Below are positions 45,574 through 56,413 of a DNA stretch of 64,000 bases, piece by piece (the stretch's first letter is position 1; each line of letters opens with the position of its first letter). The DNA is taken from assembly GCA_965223155.1 (NCBI GenBank), contig CBDCVR010000015.1:1184001-1248000 (forward strand), read 5' to 3'. The notes beneath the pieces are model-generated. The model was not told where the DNA came from. It worked only from the letters and a program-made list of their open reading frames with translations, and searched no databases. Position numbers and translations under genes: made by a program. The stretch is from Candidatus Multivoradales bacterium (lineage in GTDB: Bacteria > Acidobacteriota > Thermoanaerobaculia > Multivoradales > JAHEKO01).

Positions 45574-48135
45574 ATGAGCTCCTACGATCCCGAACGAATT
45601 CCCAAGAAGGCCTCGCTCGACGGGCTCGAAGAGAGGTGGAGCGAACGTTGGGAGGAGGCCGGGGCCTACCGGTTCGATCGCGGAGCCCGGCGCGAAGAGG
45701 TCTATTCGATCGACACACCGCCACCCACGGTCTCGGGCTCGCTCCACGTCGGTCATGTCTTTTCCTATACCCAGACCGACGCGGTGGCGCGTTTCCAGCG
45801 CATGCGCGGGCGCAAGGTCTTCTACCCGATGGGTTGGGACGACAACGGCCTGCCTACCGAGCGCCGGGTGCAGAACTACTACGGGGTCCGCTGCGAGCCG
45901 TCGCTGCCGTACGATGCCGAGTTCACGCCGCCCGAGTCTCCGGGCAAGGAGCTCGTGCCGGTCTCCAGGCGGAACTTCGTCGAGCTTTGCCTCGAGCTTA
46001 CCGAGATCGACGAGCGCGCCTTCGAAGAGCTGTGGCGGCGACTCGGCTTGTCGGTGGATTGGTCGCTCACCTACACCACGATCGGGGAAGTCGCGCAGCG
46101 GGTATCCCAGCGCGCCTTCCTGCGCATGCTCGAACGGGACGAGGCCTACCAGATCGAGGCGCCCACCCTCTGGGACGTGGACTTTCGCACCGCCGTCGCG
46201 CAGGCCGAGATCGAAGACCGGGAGAAGCCCGGGGCGTACCACCGGATAGCCTTCCACCGTGGATCGGGAGGCGACGGCGCCGCCGCCGTGGCGATCGAGA
46301 CCACCCGCCCGGAGCTCATTCCGGCCTGCGTCGCGCTGGTGGCGCACCCGGACGACGAGCGCTACCAGGATCTGTTTGGATCCTCGGTGACGACTCCTCT
46401 CTTTGGCGTCGAGGTGCCGGTGTGCCCGCACGAGCTGGCCGATCCGGAAAAGGGGAGCGGTATCGCCATGATCTGCACCTTCGGCGACGCCACCGACATC
46501 GTCTGGTGGCGAGAGCTCAAGCTGCCGGTGCGGACGATCGTCAACCGCCAGGGCCGTCTCAAGGAGATTCCCTGGGGCGAGCCCGGCTGGGAGAGCCGCG
46601 ACGTCGAGGCCGCCCGCGCGGCCTACGCCGAGCTCGAGGGTCGGACCGCAAAGCAGGCACGCCGAGCGATCGTCGAACAGCTCGAGGCGAGCGGCGAGCT
46701 TCTGGGCGAGCCCAAGCCGATCACCCACCCCGTGAAGTTCTATGAAAAGGGCGACCGCCCGCTCGAGATCGTCACCAGCCGGCAGTGGTTCGTGCCGACC
46801 CTGCGCTATCGGGACCAGCTCTTGCGGCGAGGCGAGCAGCTAGCCTGGTTTCCCGAGCACATGCGCGTCCGCTACTCGGCCTGGGTGGAAGGCCTCAACA
46901 CCGACTGGTGCATCAGCCGGCAGCGCTTCTTCGGCGTGCCGTTTCCGGTCTGGTACCGGATCGGCGAAGACGGGGAGGTGGACTACGAGGCCCGGCTGCT
47001 GCCTCCCGAGGACGAGCTGCCGATCGATCCGTCGAGCGACGTTCCCGCCGGATTCAAGGAAGAGGACCGCGACCGCCCCGGTGGCTTTACCGGCGATCCG
47101 GACGTCATGGACACCTGGGCCACGAGCTCGCTCTCGCCCCAGATCGCCGGCGGCTGGTGCGAGGCCGAAGGTCTCTTTGCCGCGGTCTTCCCGATGGATC
47201 TGCGCCCGCAGGCCCACGAGATCATCCGTACCTGGCTCTTCTCGACCGTGGTGCGTGCCCACTTCGAGCACGACTCGCTGCCCTGGTCCAACGCCGCGAT
47301 CTCGGGCTGGATCCTGGATCCCGACCGCAAGAAGATGTCGAAGTCCAAGGGCAACGTCGTCACGCCACTCGACCTGCTCGAACAGTACGGCTCCGACGGG
47401 GTGCGCTACTGGGCGACCAGCGCGCGGCTCGGGGTCGATACCGCCTTCGACGAAGGTCAGCTCCGCATCGGTCGGAAACTGGCGCTCAAGGTCGCCAACG
47501 CGGCCCGGTTCGTCCTGTCCCGCGGCGGTCCCACGGGCGCGGTCACCCAGCCCCTGGACCGGGCGATGCTGGCGGCTCTCGCCGAGGTCGTCGAGGAGGC
47601 GACCCGGGACTTCGAGGCCTACGACCAAGCCCGGGCCCTAGAGCGGATCGAGCGCTTCTTCTGGTCGTTTTGCGACAACTACCTGGAGCTGGTCAAGAGC
47701 CGCTCATATGGCAATGAGGGCGAGGCGGCGGCCGCTTCCGCGAACACGGCGCTGCTGACCGCCCTCGAGGCGCAGCTCCGGCTCTTGGCGCCGTTTCTGC
47801 CGTTCGTCACCGAGGAGGTCTGGTCCTGGTGGCAGCCGGGCTCGATTCACGGGAGCCCATGGCCGGAGGCCGAAGACCTCCGGGCTCTGGCCGAAGCCGG
47901 GCAGCCCCTGGCTTTGGAAGCGGCCTCCGCGGCCCTGGCCGAGATCCGGCGCGCCAAGACCGAGGCCAAGGTCTCGCTCCGGACCGAAGTGGCGCGGGCG
48001 ACGGTCACCGATTCCGCCGAGCGGCTCGAAGCCCTACGCCGGGTGGAAAGCGATCTCGCCGCCGCCGGCCGAGTCGAACAAATGGTTCTCGAGCCGGGAG
48101 CGGCGTTCACGGTCGCCGTCGAGCTCGCAGAGTAA
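45574..48135 (+). CDS. valS: Valine--tRNA ligase
   Basis: DTPPPTVSGSLHVGH, GWDDNGLPTE, WCISRQR, DVMDTW, RPQAHEIIRTW, KMSKSKGN. Confidence 0.93.
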   Translation: MSSYDPERIPKKASLDGLEERWSERWEEAGAYRFDRGARREEVYSIDTPPPTVSGSLHVGHVFSYTQTDAVARFQRMRGRKVFYPMGWDDNGLPTERRVQNYYGVRCEPSLPYDAEFTPPESPGKELVPVSRRNFVELCLELTEIDERAFEELWRRLGLSVDWSLTYTTIGEVAQRVSQRAFLRMLERDEAYQIEAPTLWDVDFRTAVAQAEIEDREKPGAYHRIAFHRGSGGDGAAAVAIETTRPELIPACVALVAHPDDERYQDLFGSSVTTPLFGVEVPVCPHELADPEKGSGIAMICTFGDATDIVWWRELKLPVRTIVNRQGRLKEIPWGEPGWESRDVEAARAAYAELEGRTAKQARRAIVEQLEASGELLGEPKPITHPVKFYEKGDRPLEIVTSRQWFVPTLRYRDQLLRRGEQLAWFPEHMRVRYSAWVEGLNTDWCISRQRFFGVPFPVWYRIGEDGEVDYEARLLPPEDELPIDPSSDVPAGFKEEDRDRPGGFTGDPDVMDTWATSSLSPQIAGGWCEAEGLFAAVFPMDLRPQAHEIIRTWLFSTVVRAHFEHDSLPWSNAAISGWILDPDRKKMSKSKGNVVTPLDLLEQYGSDGVRYWATSARLGVDTAFDEGQLRIGRKLALKVANAARFVLSRGGPTGAVTQPLDRAMLAALAEVVEEATRDFEAYDQARALERIERFFWSFCDNYLELVKSRSYGNEGEAAAASANTALLTALEAQLRLLAPFLPFVTEEVWSWWQPGSIHGSPWPEAEDLRALAEAGQPLALEAASAALAEIRRAKTEAKVSLRTEVARATVTDSAERLEALRRVESDLAAAGRVEQMVLEPGAAFTVAVELAE

Positions 48136-48159
48136 CCTGTACGTCGCGGCGGCGGCCGA

Positions 48160-49236
48160 TCAGTCGCCCAGGCAGATTCCGATGTCGCGCGCCGAGTGGA
48201 CGACGTCGCTGTCGAGCGGAACCGTCTTCATCCGGCGGGTCGCTTCGGCCAGGCTCACCGTGCGCACGGTGGGCGGGTCGAGGGCGACCATGACACCGTG
48301 CCGCTCCTCGGCCAGCACCCGCACCGCGGCGGCGCCAAAGCGCAGAGCAAGCAGCCGGTCGTAGGAGACCGGCCAGCCGCCGCGCTGGAGGTGGCCGAGC
48401 ACCACCGACCGGGTCTCTTTGCCGGTGCGCTCGCCGATCTGGCGGGCCACTCGTTCGGCCACGCCGCCGAGGACGACTTCGCGTCCGGTGGCGTCGGTGT
48501 CCTTGGCGGTGATGTCTCCGCCCACGGGGCGCGCTCCCTCTGCGACCACTACGAGAGCGAAGTGCCGGCCGCGCTCCTCGCGCTGACGGATCTTGGCGCA
48601 AACGGACTCGATCCGGTACGGGATCTCGGGGATCAGGATCGCGTCGGCGCCGCCGGCCAGCCCGGCGTAGAGCGCGATCCAGCCCGCGTACCGGCCCATG
48701 ACCTCGATGGTGAAGACCCGATCGTGGGCTTCGGCCGTCGAATGCAGCCGGTCGATCGCCTCGGTGGCGATGGTGACCGCGGTCTGGAAGCCGAAGGTCA
48801 CCACCGTGCCGGCCAGATCGTTGTCGATGGTCTTGGGCACCCCCACAATCGGTATGCCCAACCCGTCCAGCTTCGAGGCAATGCGCATCGAGCCGTCGCC
48901 GCCGATCGCGATGAGGGCGTCCAGCTCGAGCTTCTGGAAATTGCGAACGACTTCCGCGGAGCGGTCCGCGAGCTCGCCCGAGTCGCTTACCGGATAGGAG
49001 AACGGATCGCCGCGGTTCGTGGTGCCCAGGATGGTTCCGCCGCGGTGGGCGATGCCACGTACCGCTTCGCGGTCGAGGGTCATCGTCCGGCTCGTGTCGA
49101 GGAGGCCTTCGTAGCCGCGGCAGATGCCGACGACTTCCCAGCCCCGGTCGATCGAGGCGAGGGTGGCCGAGCGGATGACCGCGTTGAGACCCGGCGCATC
49201 GCCGCCGCCGGTGTTGATGGCGATTCTCTTGGTCAA
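48160..49236 (-). CDS. pfkA: 6-Phosphofructokinase (mixed-substrate group III type, probably ATP-dependent)
   Basis: TGGGDAPGLN, GGTILGT, GGDGS (Gly at the ATP/PPi position), PKTIDND, EVMGR, LGHLQRGG. Confidence 0.88.
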   Translation of the reverse strand: MTKRIAINTGGGDAPGLNAVIRSATLASIDRGWEVVGICRGYEGLLDTSRTMTLDREAVRGIAHRGGTILGTTNRGDPFSYPVSDSGELADRSAEVVRNFQKLELDALIAIGGDGSMRIASKLDGLGIPIVGVPKTIDNDLAGTVVTFGFQTAVTIATEAIDRLHSTAEAHDRVFTIEVMGRYAGWIALYAGLAGGADAILIPEIPYRIESVCAKIRQREERGRHFALVVVAEGARPVGGDITAKDTDATGREVVLGGVAERVARQIGERTGKETRSVVLGHLQRGGWPVSYDRLLALRFGAAAVRVLAEERHGVMVALDPPTVRTVSLAEATRRMKTVPLDSDVVHSARDIGICLGD

Positions 49237-49242
49237 GGGACC

Positions 49243-49785
49243 CTACTCGCCGGCGTGTCGGGGATAGAAGTCGAAAGGGTTCTCGGACGAGGTCAGGGCC
49301 TTGGCGACGTAGACGATCTGGCCGGTGTGGTAGCTCATGTGCTCGACTGCGTGCACGAGGGCGCTGCGCCGGTCGGTGGCGTAGCCCTGAATCGTGCATT
49401 TGGGCTCGAGGTCGGCGTCGCTGAGCGAGCCGAGCACCCGGTGAGCCGCCGCGACCGTTTCCGCCAGAAGGGCTAGGAGCTCCTCTTTCGAATGCGACCG
49501 GTCGGCGGTGAACTCGCCCGCCCGATCCCGCTCGTAGGCGCGCTCGCCCAGCGCTTCGAGGATCCAGAGCGAGAGGTTGCCGCGCAGGTGCAAGAGCAGA
49601 TTGCCGACGCTCAGGGCGTTGGCGTGTGGGCGCCACCAGAGCTGGTCTTCACTCAGCCGGCTGGTGGCCAGACCGATCTTGTCGAGGTACTCGTCGAGGT
49701 AGCGCGTGCCGAGCTCGACCAGAGACCGGCTGGGTCCGCCTTCGAGCGCGGTTGTGGGGACCTCGGTTGTTTCCGTCTCGGACAT
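49243..49785 (-). CDS. DinB/DUF1572 family protein
   Basis: QLWWRP..SVGNLLLHLRGNL, RDRAGEF, HAVEHMSYHTGQIVYVAK. Confidence 0.8.
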   Translation of the reverse strand: MSETETTEVPTTALEGGPSRSLVELGTRYLDEYLDKIGLATSRLSEDQLWWRPHANALSVGNLLLHLRGNLSLWILEALGERAYERDRAGEFTADRSHSKEELLALLAETVAAAHRVLGSLSDADLEPKCTIQGYATDRRSALVHAVEHMSYHTGQIVYVAKALTSSENPFDFYPRHAGE

Positions 49786-49892
49786 GGGCGCAACGATACC
49801 CGATCGGCCATCCACGGCCGGCCGGCTCGGGCCGGCTCGGATTGCCACTGCCGGGCTCCGACCACCGTGGCGCTGGATAAGATCGAACGCCG

Positions 49893-50360
49893 ATGCGCTA
49901 CGCTTTCCGCTCTTGGGTCGCGTCCACGTGCCGGACGGCGATGGTCTGGGGCATCGGCGTGCTGGCGCTCCTGGGCGGCCTGACCTGGCTGTTTCGGCAG
50001 CCCTCGACCGGCGCGCCGCTGGGACGGGCCTTTGGCGTCCTGGTTTTCTACGGCGTGCTCTTCTTGCTGACCCTGGTCAAGATCTGGTGGACGGCAGTGC
50101 GCTCCCCCGCGGTGGTGTTGGACGAAGAGACTCTCGGGTACCAGCCCCTGCATACCTTCCGCCGCCGCACGATTCCGCTCGCCGGGATCCGCTCGTGCGC
50201 GATGAAGCCCGGTACTCAGAGTCTGGGCTTTGTGTACCGGCCGTCTCCGGACCGCGAGCGGCAGTTCTTTCTGAATCTGGCGGTCGTCGACCGGCGCAAC
50301 GAGTTTCTGCACGAGCTCGCCGGCAAGCTGGCGCCCAACGGCGTGGCCATCGAGCGCTAG
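49893..50360 (+). CDS. Hypothetical membrane protein (2 TM plus soluble C-terminal domain)
   Basis: Two hydrophobic helices; fills the gap between the DinB gene and malate synthase. Confidence 0.6.
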   Translation: MRYAFRSWVASTCRTAMVWGIGVLALLGGLTWLFRQPSTGAPLGRAFGVLVFYGVLFLLTLVKIWWTAVRSPAVVLDEETLGYQPLHTFRRRTIPLAGIRSCAMKPGTQSLGFVYRPSPDRERQFFLNLAVVDRRNEFLHELAGKLAPNGVAIER

Positions 50361-50464
50361 GTTTCGGCAGGCCCCGGTCTCCCATGTGGATGCCAGAGGT
50401 GTGTCGATGGCCGAGAGCGGGCGGGAGAGCCGGCTCGGACGGCGCGGGATGGGATCGAGCCTTG

Positions 50465-50511
50465 GCGCGAAGAACTTCGCGCTTGGCGGAATTTCGCTAG
50501 GCTGCTAGAAT
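50465..50511 (+). promoter_or_regulatory. Operator palindrome and extended -10 of the glyoxylate operon
   Basis: GCGCGAAG-AA-CTTCGCGC (50465-82), imperfect GCGGAATTTCGC (50486-97), TGcTAGAAT (50503-11). Confidence 0.65.
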
Positions 50512-50543
50512 GCCGGCCGTCCCGCCGCGCCAGATCCGTCGGC

Positions 50544-52571
50544 GTGGCCGAAACCAAGACCGCGAGTCGAGGAGACAGGCTTCTGATCCAAATCGGTGAC
50601 CTTGAGATCCGTGGAGACCTTGCCGACGAGTTTGGCGATGTCTTGACGGTGGCGTCCCTCGAGACGATCGCTCAGCTCGCGCCGCTGAACGATCGGCGGT
50701 CGATTCTGATGGCCGAGCGCCAGGAGCGCCGCGCCGAGCGCGCCGCCGCCGGGCGCCGGATCGGCTTTCTGGATCCGGATATGACGATTCCCGGAACCGG
50801 TCTAACCGTGCGAGAGGCGCGGGAGGGGCGGTTCGAGGGCAGCGAGATTCCGGCCGATCTCCGGCGCCAGTGGATCCAAGGCACTGGCCCGGCTGCTCGC
50901 CCCAGGGCGGCAACGCGGGTGGGCCTGCGCAACGTTGCTTACGCACTTCTGTCGGGTGCCGACGGCTGGATGTTCGACGGCGAGGATGCGCTCGGCCAGA
51001 TCTCGACCATGTCACTCGACAGCCAGAGGAACTTGAAGCTCGCAATCCATGAGGACCGTCGTTTTCTAGACGTGGCCGAAGGCGTCGCTGCCGAGATGAA
51101 CGAGTGGGCTCGGAACCATCTCGGCCGGCCGATCGTCGGCGACTGGCGCGCCCAGCTTGGTTTCACGACCAAGATCTATCGCGCCCGCGGTCTCCACCTG
51201 GACGATCGCCAAGTCCGCTTGGCCGGTGGCGGAGGCCTGTGCGCCTCCATCGTCGATACGGCACTCTACGTGACCAACAATGCCGAGGCGCTGCGGCGGG
51301 CGGGTTCCTCGATCGTGCTCTACCTGCCCAAGATCCAGGTCGCAGCGGAAGCGGCGTTGTGGAATGACATTCTGGATGTCATCGAACGGCATCTGGGGCT
51401 CGCGGCCGGGACGATCAAGGCCTATGTGCTGGTCGAGCAAGTGGAGGCTTCGTTCCAGTTGATGGAGATCCGGGCCGCCCTGGGCAGGCACTTCGTCGGC
51501 TACAACACCGGCCGCTGGGACTACATCAACAGCGTCTCGGATGCCATGGCCTGGAACCCGCGCTTCGTGAACCCGAACATCGATGCGATCAGCATGACCT
51601 GGGGCTACATGCGCACCTACGAGGATCGCGTCCGGCGTGCCGTCAACACCCCCGACCGCGACGGTCGCTGCGCCCTCTGGCAGGGGGGCATGGAACCGAA
51701 TATCCCGGTGGGCTCGGCCGAAGGTGTTGCCGCGGGGATGGAGCGGGCGCTCGCCGGGGCGAGGCGTGAGCAGAGCGCCGGCGCCAGCGGCAAGTGGGTG
51801 GCGCACTGGAAGATGGTCCATGTCGTGCGACCGGTCTGGGAGACGGTCGGTGACGATAACCAGCTCGGGCGACTCTTCCCGCCGCTTACCTATGCCGAAC
51901 AGGACGCGGCGGCCCTCTTCGCCCTGGAGCCGGCGCCACGCACGGTACGTGGCACCCGCGACCTCATCAGCGTGGGCCTGCAATACGGCAACGCGTTCTT
52001 GCGTGGCTTTCAGGCGGCGGCGCTCAAGCCAGCGGATTTCTTTGGCGATGACAGCGTGCTCTATCTGATGGAGGACATGGCGACGGGCGAGATCCGTCTC
52101 TCGATCCTTTGGGAGTGGCTGCACAAGGCCGCACCCTTCACCGATGACGACGCCGAGACCGGTGTTCGGGCGGGAGATGCCTTCTCCCCCGAGCTCTTCA
52201 CCCAACTGCTGGCCGAGGAGCACGACAAGCTTGTCACTGCCGGCAACCGCGATGTCCACGACGACTCGAAGGGCACGACGCTGCCGATCGCGCGCCGGAT
52301 CGTCGAGGTCTACGTTACGGATCCCGTCAAGATGCCCTGGTATATCGATCTGCTGAACCTGAATCTGGGTTTGGAAGATCTCGAGGTCGCGCGCCAGCGC
52401 ATCGAGCGTTTCGTGCGCACGTTCCACCGCAGTGGCCGGCGCATCACCGAGAACCCGGATTTCGGACCGAGCCCCGAGGTCGCCACCGACGCACCCGCGC
52501 GGGAGGCGAGCGAACCCACCTCGGGGGAACCCGTTGGCCGCCGTCCGCCGACCCCTGAGGAGACTGCATGA
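50544..52571 (+). CDS. aceB: Malate synthase (divergent, long MSA-like)
   Basis: [50 protein letters not shown]; upstream of isocitrate lyase. Confidence 0.82.
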   Translation: MAETKTASRGDRLLIQIGDLEIRGDLADEFGDVLTVASLETIAQLAPLNDRRSILMAERQERRAERAAAGRRIGFLDPDMTIPGTGLTVREAREGRFEGSEIPADLRRQWIQGTGPAARPRAATRVGLRNVAYALLSGADGWMFDGEDALGQISTMSLDSQRNLKLAIHEDRRFLDVAEGVAAEMNEWARNHLGRPIVGDWRAQLGFTTKIYRARGLHLDDRQVRLAGGGGLCASIVDTALYVTNNAEALRRAGSSIVLYLPKIQVAAEAALWNDILDVIERHLGLAAGTIKAYVLVEQVEASFQLMEIRAALGRHFVGYNTGRWDYINSVSDAMAWNPRFVNPNIDAISMTWGYMRTYEDRVRRAVNTPDRDGRCALWQGGMEPNIPVGSAEGVAAGMERALAGARREQSAGASGKWVAHWKMVHVVRPVWETVGDDNQLGRLFPPLTYAEQDAAALFALEPAPRTVRGTRDLISVGLQYGNAFLRGFQAAALKPADFFGDDSVLYLMEDMATGEIRLSILWEWLHKAAPFTDDDAETGVRAGDAFSPELFTQLLAEEHDKLVTAGNRDVHDDSKGTTLPIARRIVEVYVTDPVKMPWYIDLLNLNLGLEDLEVARQRIERFVRTFHRSGRRITENPDFGPSPEVATDAPAREASEPTSGEPVGRRPPTPEETA

Positions 52572-54841
52572 ACTCTTTCGATCGAGACATCGCTGAGGCC
52601 CGTGAGTGGATGGACCAGGAGCGCTTCGAAGGCATCCTTCGTCTGTATTCGGCGCGGCAGGTCGCCGCCCAGCGAGGCACCATCCCCAGTGAGTACACCG
52701 TAGCCCGCGACGCGGCCGAGGCCTTCTTCTTGCGGCTGCGGGAGCTCTTCGAACAGAAGCAGGCGATTACGACCTTTGGCCCCTATTCGCCCGGCCAGGC
52801 CGTGACCTTGAGACGCATGGGTATCGAGGGGATCTATCTCGGTGGCTGGGCGACCTCGGCCAAGGGCTCGGCCGACGAGGACCCCGGCGCCGACCTGGCA
52901 AGCTATCCGCTGAGCCAGGTGCCGAACGAGGCAGCGGTCTTGGTGCGGGCGCTGCTTGCCGCCGACCGGAACCAGCGCTATGCGCGCTCGCGCATGAGCG
53001 CGGAGGAACTGGCCGAGGCGCCGGAGCACGACTTCCGTCCGTTCATCATCGCCGACGCCGACACCGGGCACGGCGGCGACGCGCACGTGCGCAACCTCGT
53101 GCGCCGCTTTGTCGAGGTCGGCGTGCCCGGATACCACATCGAGGACCAACGCCCCGGCAGCAAGAAGTGCGGCCACCAGGGCGGCAAGGTTCTGGTCTCG
53201 GTCGACGAGCAGATCAAGCGGTTGAACGCCGCCCGGTTTCAACTCGACGTCATGCGGGTGGGCGGCCTCATCGTGGCTCGTACCGACGCCGAGGCCGCCA
53301 CTCTTCTCGAGAACGGCAGCGACGAGCGGGACCAGCCGTTCGTTCTGGGCGCCACCAACAACGACCTGCCTCCGTACAAGAACTGCAGCCTGGCCGTCAT
53401 CCGGAGTCTGTACGAGGCCGGCGTGGACGATCTCAACGGCCATCTGCTCTATGCCCTCCCGGAGCGCGGCTATGAAGTCGCCGATGCGTGGCTCGAAGGC
53501 GCTGGCGTTGGCCGTCTGGTCGCCGAGATGGCAGCGGAGGTCGAGTCCGGCTCCCTGAGCTCTGAGGCGGCGCTGGACCGCGCCTTGACCGCAGCGGTCA
53601 AGGCCTGGGAAAGCCAGGCCGGCCTCAAGACCTACAGCGAGGCGGTCGCCGACGTGCTGGAGTTTCGCATCGGCGAAGGCGAGGAATTCGACACAACCGT
53701 CGAAGAATGGCGGCGGTTCTCCCGCCAGGCCTCCCACCATGCTGCAAAGGAGAAGGCCAAGGAACTGGGCGTTCAGATCATCTGGAACGCCGACCTGGCC
53801 CGGACTCCGGAGGGCTACTACCAGATCCGCGGTGGCATTCCGTACGCGATCGCCAAGTCGCTTGCCGTGGCGCCCTTCTGCGACATTCTGTGGATGGAGA
53901 CCAAGACGGCTGATCTGGCCGAGGCCAAGGAGTTCGCCGACGCGATCCATGCCGCTTTTCCCGACAAGATGCTGGCCTACAACTTGTCGCCGTCGTTCAA
54001 CTGGGACACCACCGGAATGAGCGACGAAGAGATGCGCCGTTTTCCGGAGGAGCTCGGCAAGCTGGGCTTTGTCTTCAACTTCATCACCTACGGCGGGCAC
54101 CAGGTGGACGGGTTGGCCGGGGAGGAGTTCGCCACCGCCCTGTTGCAGGACGGCATGCTTGCCCTGGCCCGGCTTCAGCGCAAGCTCCGGTTGGTGGAGT
54201 CTCCGTACAAGACGCCGCAGACGCTGGTGGGCGGCCCACGCCTGGACGGCGCACTCATGGCCTCTTCCGGCCGCACCGCTACCACCAAGGCCATGGGCAA
54301 GGGCTCGACCCAGTTCCAGCATCTGGTGCAGACCGAGGCGCCGGTGGCTCTGCTTGAAGAGTGGCTCGGCATGTGGACGGACTACTACGACCTGCCGGGT
54401 GGCCTGCGGGTGGCGCTACGCCCGTATCGGGCCGGCTCCGAGCTGCTCGAGCTGCAGATTCTGGGCGAGAGCACCGAGCCGATGGCCAACGTCGTCTTCA
54501 CCCCAATTCAGGACCGCCGCGGTCGCAAGATTCTGTCCGTGCGCGACCAGAACACCTTCGCCGAGGAGCTGCGGATGAAACGGCTCATGACGCTTATCCA
54601 TCTCTTTCTGGTGCATCGGTACAAGATCTCTTCGGTTCACTACGTCACGCCCACCGAGGACAACAAGTACCAGACGGCCAAGATGAAAACTCACGGTGTC
54701 TTCTCGGAGGTACACGACGAGGTCGGTCAGATCATCGTCGCTCAGGTCAACCCGGAACGCATCCAGGAACTGCTCGAAGCGGACCGGGTGGCGCTGCAAG
54801 GCCTGATCGAGAAGGTGGACAAGCAGTTGGTTACGGTCTGA
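52568..54841 (+). CDS. aceA: Isocitrate lyase, long ICL2-type with C-terminal extension
   Basis: [20 protein letters not shown], catalytic [34 protein letters not shown]; 757 aa; RBS GAGGAG, ATGA overlap. Confidence 0.93.
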   Translation: MNSFDRDIAEAREWMDQERFEGILRLYSARQVAAQRGTIPSEYTVARDAAEAFFLRLRELFEQKQAITTFGPYSPGQAVTLRRMGIEGIYLGGWATSAKGSADEDPGADLASYPLSQVPNEAAVLVRALLAADRNQRYARSRMSAEELAEAPEHDFRPFIIADADTGHGGDAHVRNLVRRFVEVGVPGYHIEDQRPGSKKCGHQGGKVLVSVDEQIKRLNAARFQLDVMRVGGLIVARTDAEAATLLENGSDERDQPFVLGATNNDLPPYKNCSLAVIRSLYEAGVDDLNGHLLYALPERGYEVADAWLEGAGVGRLVAEMAAEVESGSLSSEAALDRALTAAVKAWESQAGLKTYSEAVADVLEFRIGEGEEFDTTVEEWRRFSRQASHHAAKEKAKELGVQIIWNADLARTPEGYYQIRGGIPYAIAKSLAVAPFCDILWMETKTADLAEAKEFADAIHAAFPDKMLAYNLSPSFNWDTTGMSDEEMRRFPEELGKLGFVFNFITYGGHQVDGLAGEEFATALLQDGMLALARLQRKLRLVESPYKTPQTLVGGPRLDGALMASSGRTATTKAMGKGSTQFQHLVQTEAPVALLEEWLGMWTDYYDLPGGLRVALRPYRAGSELLELQILGESTEPMANVVFTPIQDRRGRKILSVRDQNTFAEELRMKRLMTLIHLFLVHRYKISSVHYVTPTEDNKYQTAKMKTHGVFSEVHDEVGQIIVAQVNPERIQELLEADRVALQGLIEKVDKQLVTV

Positions 54842-54856
54842 CCGGGAGCCGCCGGC

Positions 54857-56341
54857 TCAACCGGACAGGAGCGAGTCCAACGCTCGCTCACGGGCGGCCT
54901 CGGAGGCGTGCCGTTCGACGAGGGTTGGCGGCGCGCCCCGCTCGGAGCACTCTGTAGCACCAAGCGCGCAGCGCTCGCAGGTCAGGTTGACCTGGACCGT
55001 TGGAATCTTGCGATCGCTCCAGAAGCCAACGCGGTCCCGAAAGTCCTGGTTGACGAAGAAGCCCAGCGACACCGCGGACCTGCCCCGCTGTGCCAGTGCC
55101 AGCGCCCTTCCCATCGAGATCACGAAGAAGTCCTTGTCCTCGGTCAGAAAGGCCGACTTCTGCACCCGAATCTCGGGTCTCTTGGCGGCACGCTTGCCGG
55201 GTGCGGCCTGGAGCAGCTGCAGGGCAGGCCAGCGGCGGCAATAGTGCTCGTTGAGGCCCAATCCGTGCGGAACCGGCACCCGCGACATGTTCAGGACCTT
55301 GGTGAGCTGGAAGCTCGCCTGCTCCTCCGGACAAAAGAAGCGCAAGAAGAAGATCTCGCCGAGACCAAACTTCTTGGGGACGATCTGGGTCAAGCGAGTG
55401 AAGAAGGTCTCCGGGGTCGCCTGCCAACGGTTCATGCACGCCACGAACGCCCGGCTGCTCCAAGTCGAGCGCGCAAACAGCGCCGAGAGATCTTCGACCA
55501 AGAGATCGCGATCGATCAATAGCGCCCCGGAGAAATACGAGGCCTTGAGGTTGTTGAGCACCTGGTCGAAGGATTCGACCTTGATCCAGGACGAGCTGGT
55601 CGCGCGCTCTTCGAGCCGCAAGACTCGGTAGCCGATCTCGCGCCCGAGCACGAACGCCTTCTGCGAAGGTAGAAGACGAGCGTTGAGATAGAGGGTCGGC
55701 GGCTCGCCCTCCCGGAAGACTGACCGGAAGCCCTTCAGATGAGGGGCTCCGGCCAGCACCGTGTCATCGATCTCATAGCCCCACTCGTGCACCAGGCAGT
55801 CCCTCAGCAGCTGGGGATCGAGCCCGCCCTCGGCCGACCAACCTTGCGATTCCCGAAACTGCTTCGCCGCCGCCTCGAGCTCGGCGAAGTAATTGCCGTG
55901 CATTTGCTGGTACGAGCGTAGCGCCGCGAGAAGAAAGTGCTCGACCGTCACGTCGTAGGTGCGGCCGATCTCGAGGACCGTTTGAATCAGGGCCCCCGCC
56001 TTTACCGGGTCGGAGGCCATGACGTCGACGACATCCTCGGCGGTCAACCCGAAAAGCTCGAAGGGAAACTCGCGCAGGAAGGGCGAGCCCACGGCCTCCT
56101 TCAGCGGATCGAGCTCTTTGGCCACCTGGAGCGACACCAGACGGTCGAACGGTACGTTCAGCGCCTCGGCCAGCTGCACCAGCTTCTCCGGCTTGGGGTA
56201 CTTGCGCCCCTTTTCGATCTCGGAGAGGTAGGAAACCGAGAGACCCGAAGCGGCCGCGACGTCGCTGAGCGTGCGTCCCTTCTTTTGCCGAAGGTTCCTG
56301 AGCTTTAGGCCGAGGATGAGGCGGGGGCTCTCAGGCATCAC
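54857..56341 (-). CDS. XRE-family regulator of the RamB/PrpR/ScfR (short-chain acyl-CoA) type
   Basis: N-term HTH (LSVSYLSEIEKG), NYFAELE, degenerate IrrE-like segment (FVLGREIG), HYCRRW, C-terminal TCERC..EC.ER; convergent on aceA. Confidence 0.82.
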   Translation of the reverse strand: MMPESPRLILGLKLRNLRQKKGRTLSDVAAASGLSVSYLSEIEKGRKYPKPEKLVQLAEALNVPFDRLVSLQVAKELDPLKEAVGSPFLREFPFELFGLTAEDVVDVMASDPVKAGALIQTVLEIGRTYDVTVEHFLLAALRSYQQMHGNYFAELEAAAKQFRESQGWSAEGGLDPQLLRDCLVHEWGYEIDDTVLAGAPHLKGFRSVFREGEPPTLYLNARLLPSQKAFVLGREIGYRVLRLEERATSSSWIKVESFDQVLNNLKASYFSGALLIDRDLLVEDLSALFARSTWSSRAFVACMNRWQATPETFFTRLTQIVPKKFGLGEIFFLRFFCPEEQASFQLTKVLNMSRVPVPHGLGLNEHYCRRWPALQLLQAAPGKRAAKRPEIRVQKSAFLTEDKDFFVISMGRALALAQRGRSAVSLGFFVNQDFRDRVGFWSDRKIPTVQVNLTCERCALGATECSERGAPPTLVERHASEAARERALDSLLSG

Positions 56342-56351
56342 GTGGAAAATC

Positions 56352-56376
56352 TTCGCTGCGAGCGAAAATCATACCA
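56352..56376 (-). promoter_or_regulatory. Regulator promoter with overlapping TTCGCT-N3-AGCGAA palindrome
   Basis: Minus strand TGgTATGAT (-10 at 56373-68); palindrome 56352-66 lies between the -10 element and the start codon. Confidence 0.55.
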
Positions 56377-56413
56377 GCAGCGTTACGGCGAACGGTAGCG
56401 GGACGGGTCCAGG

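Noticed and set aside
52500-52571. Programmed frameshift fusing malate synthase and isocitrate lyase
   Set aside because: aceA has its own GAGGAG RBS and an ordinary ATGA overlap; no slippery sequence is seen.
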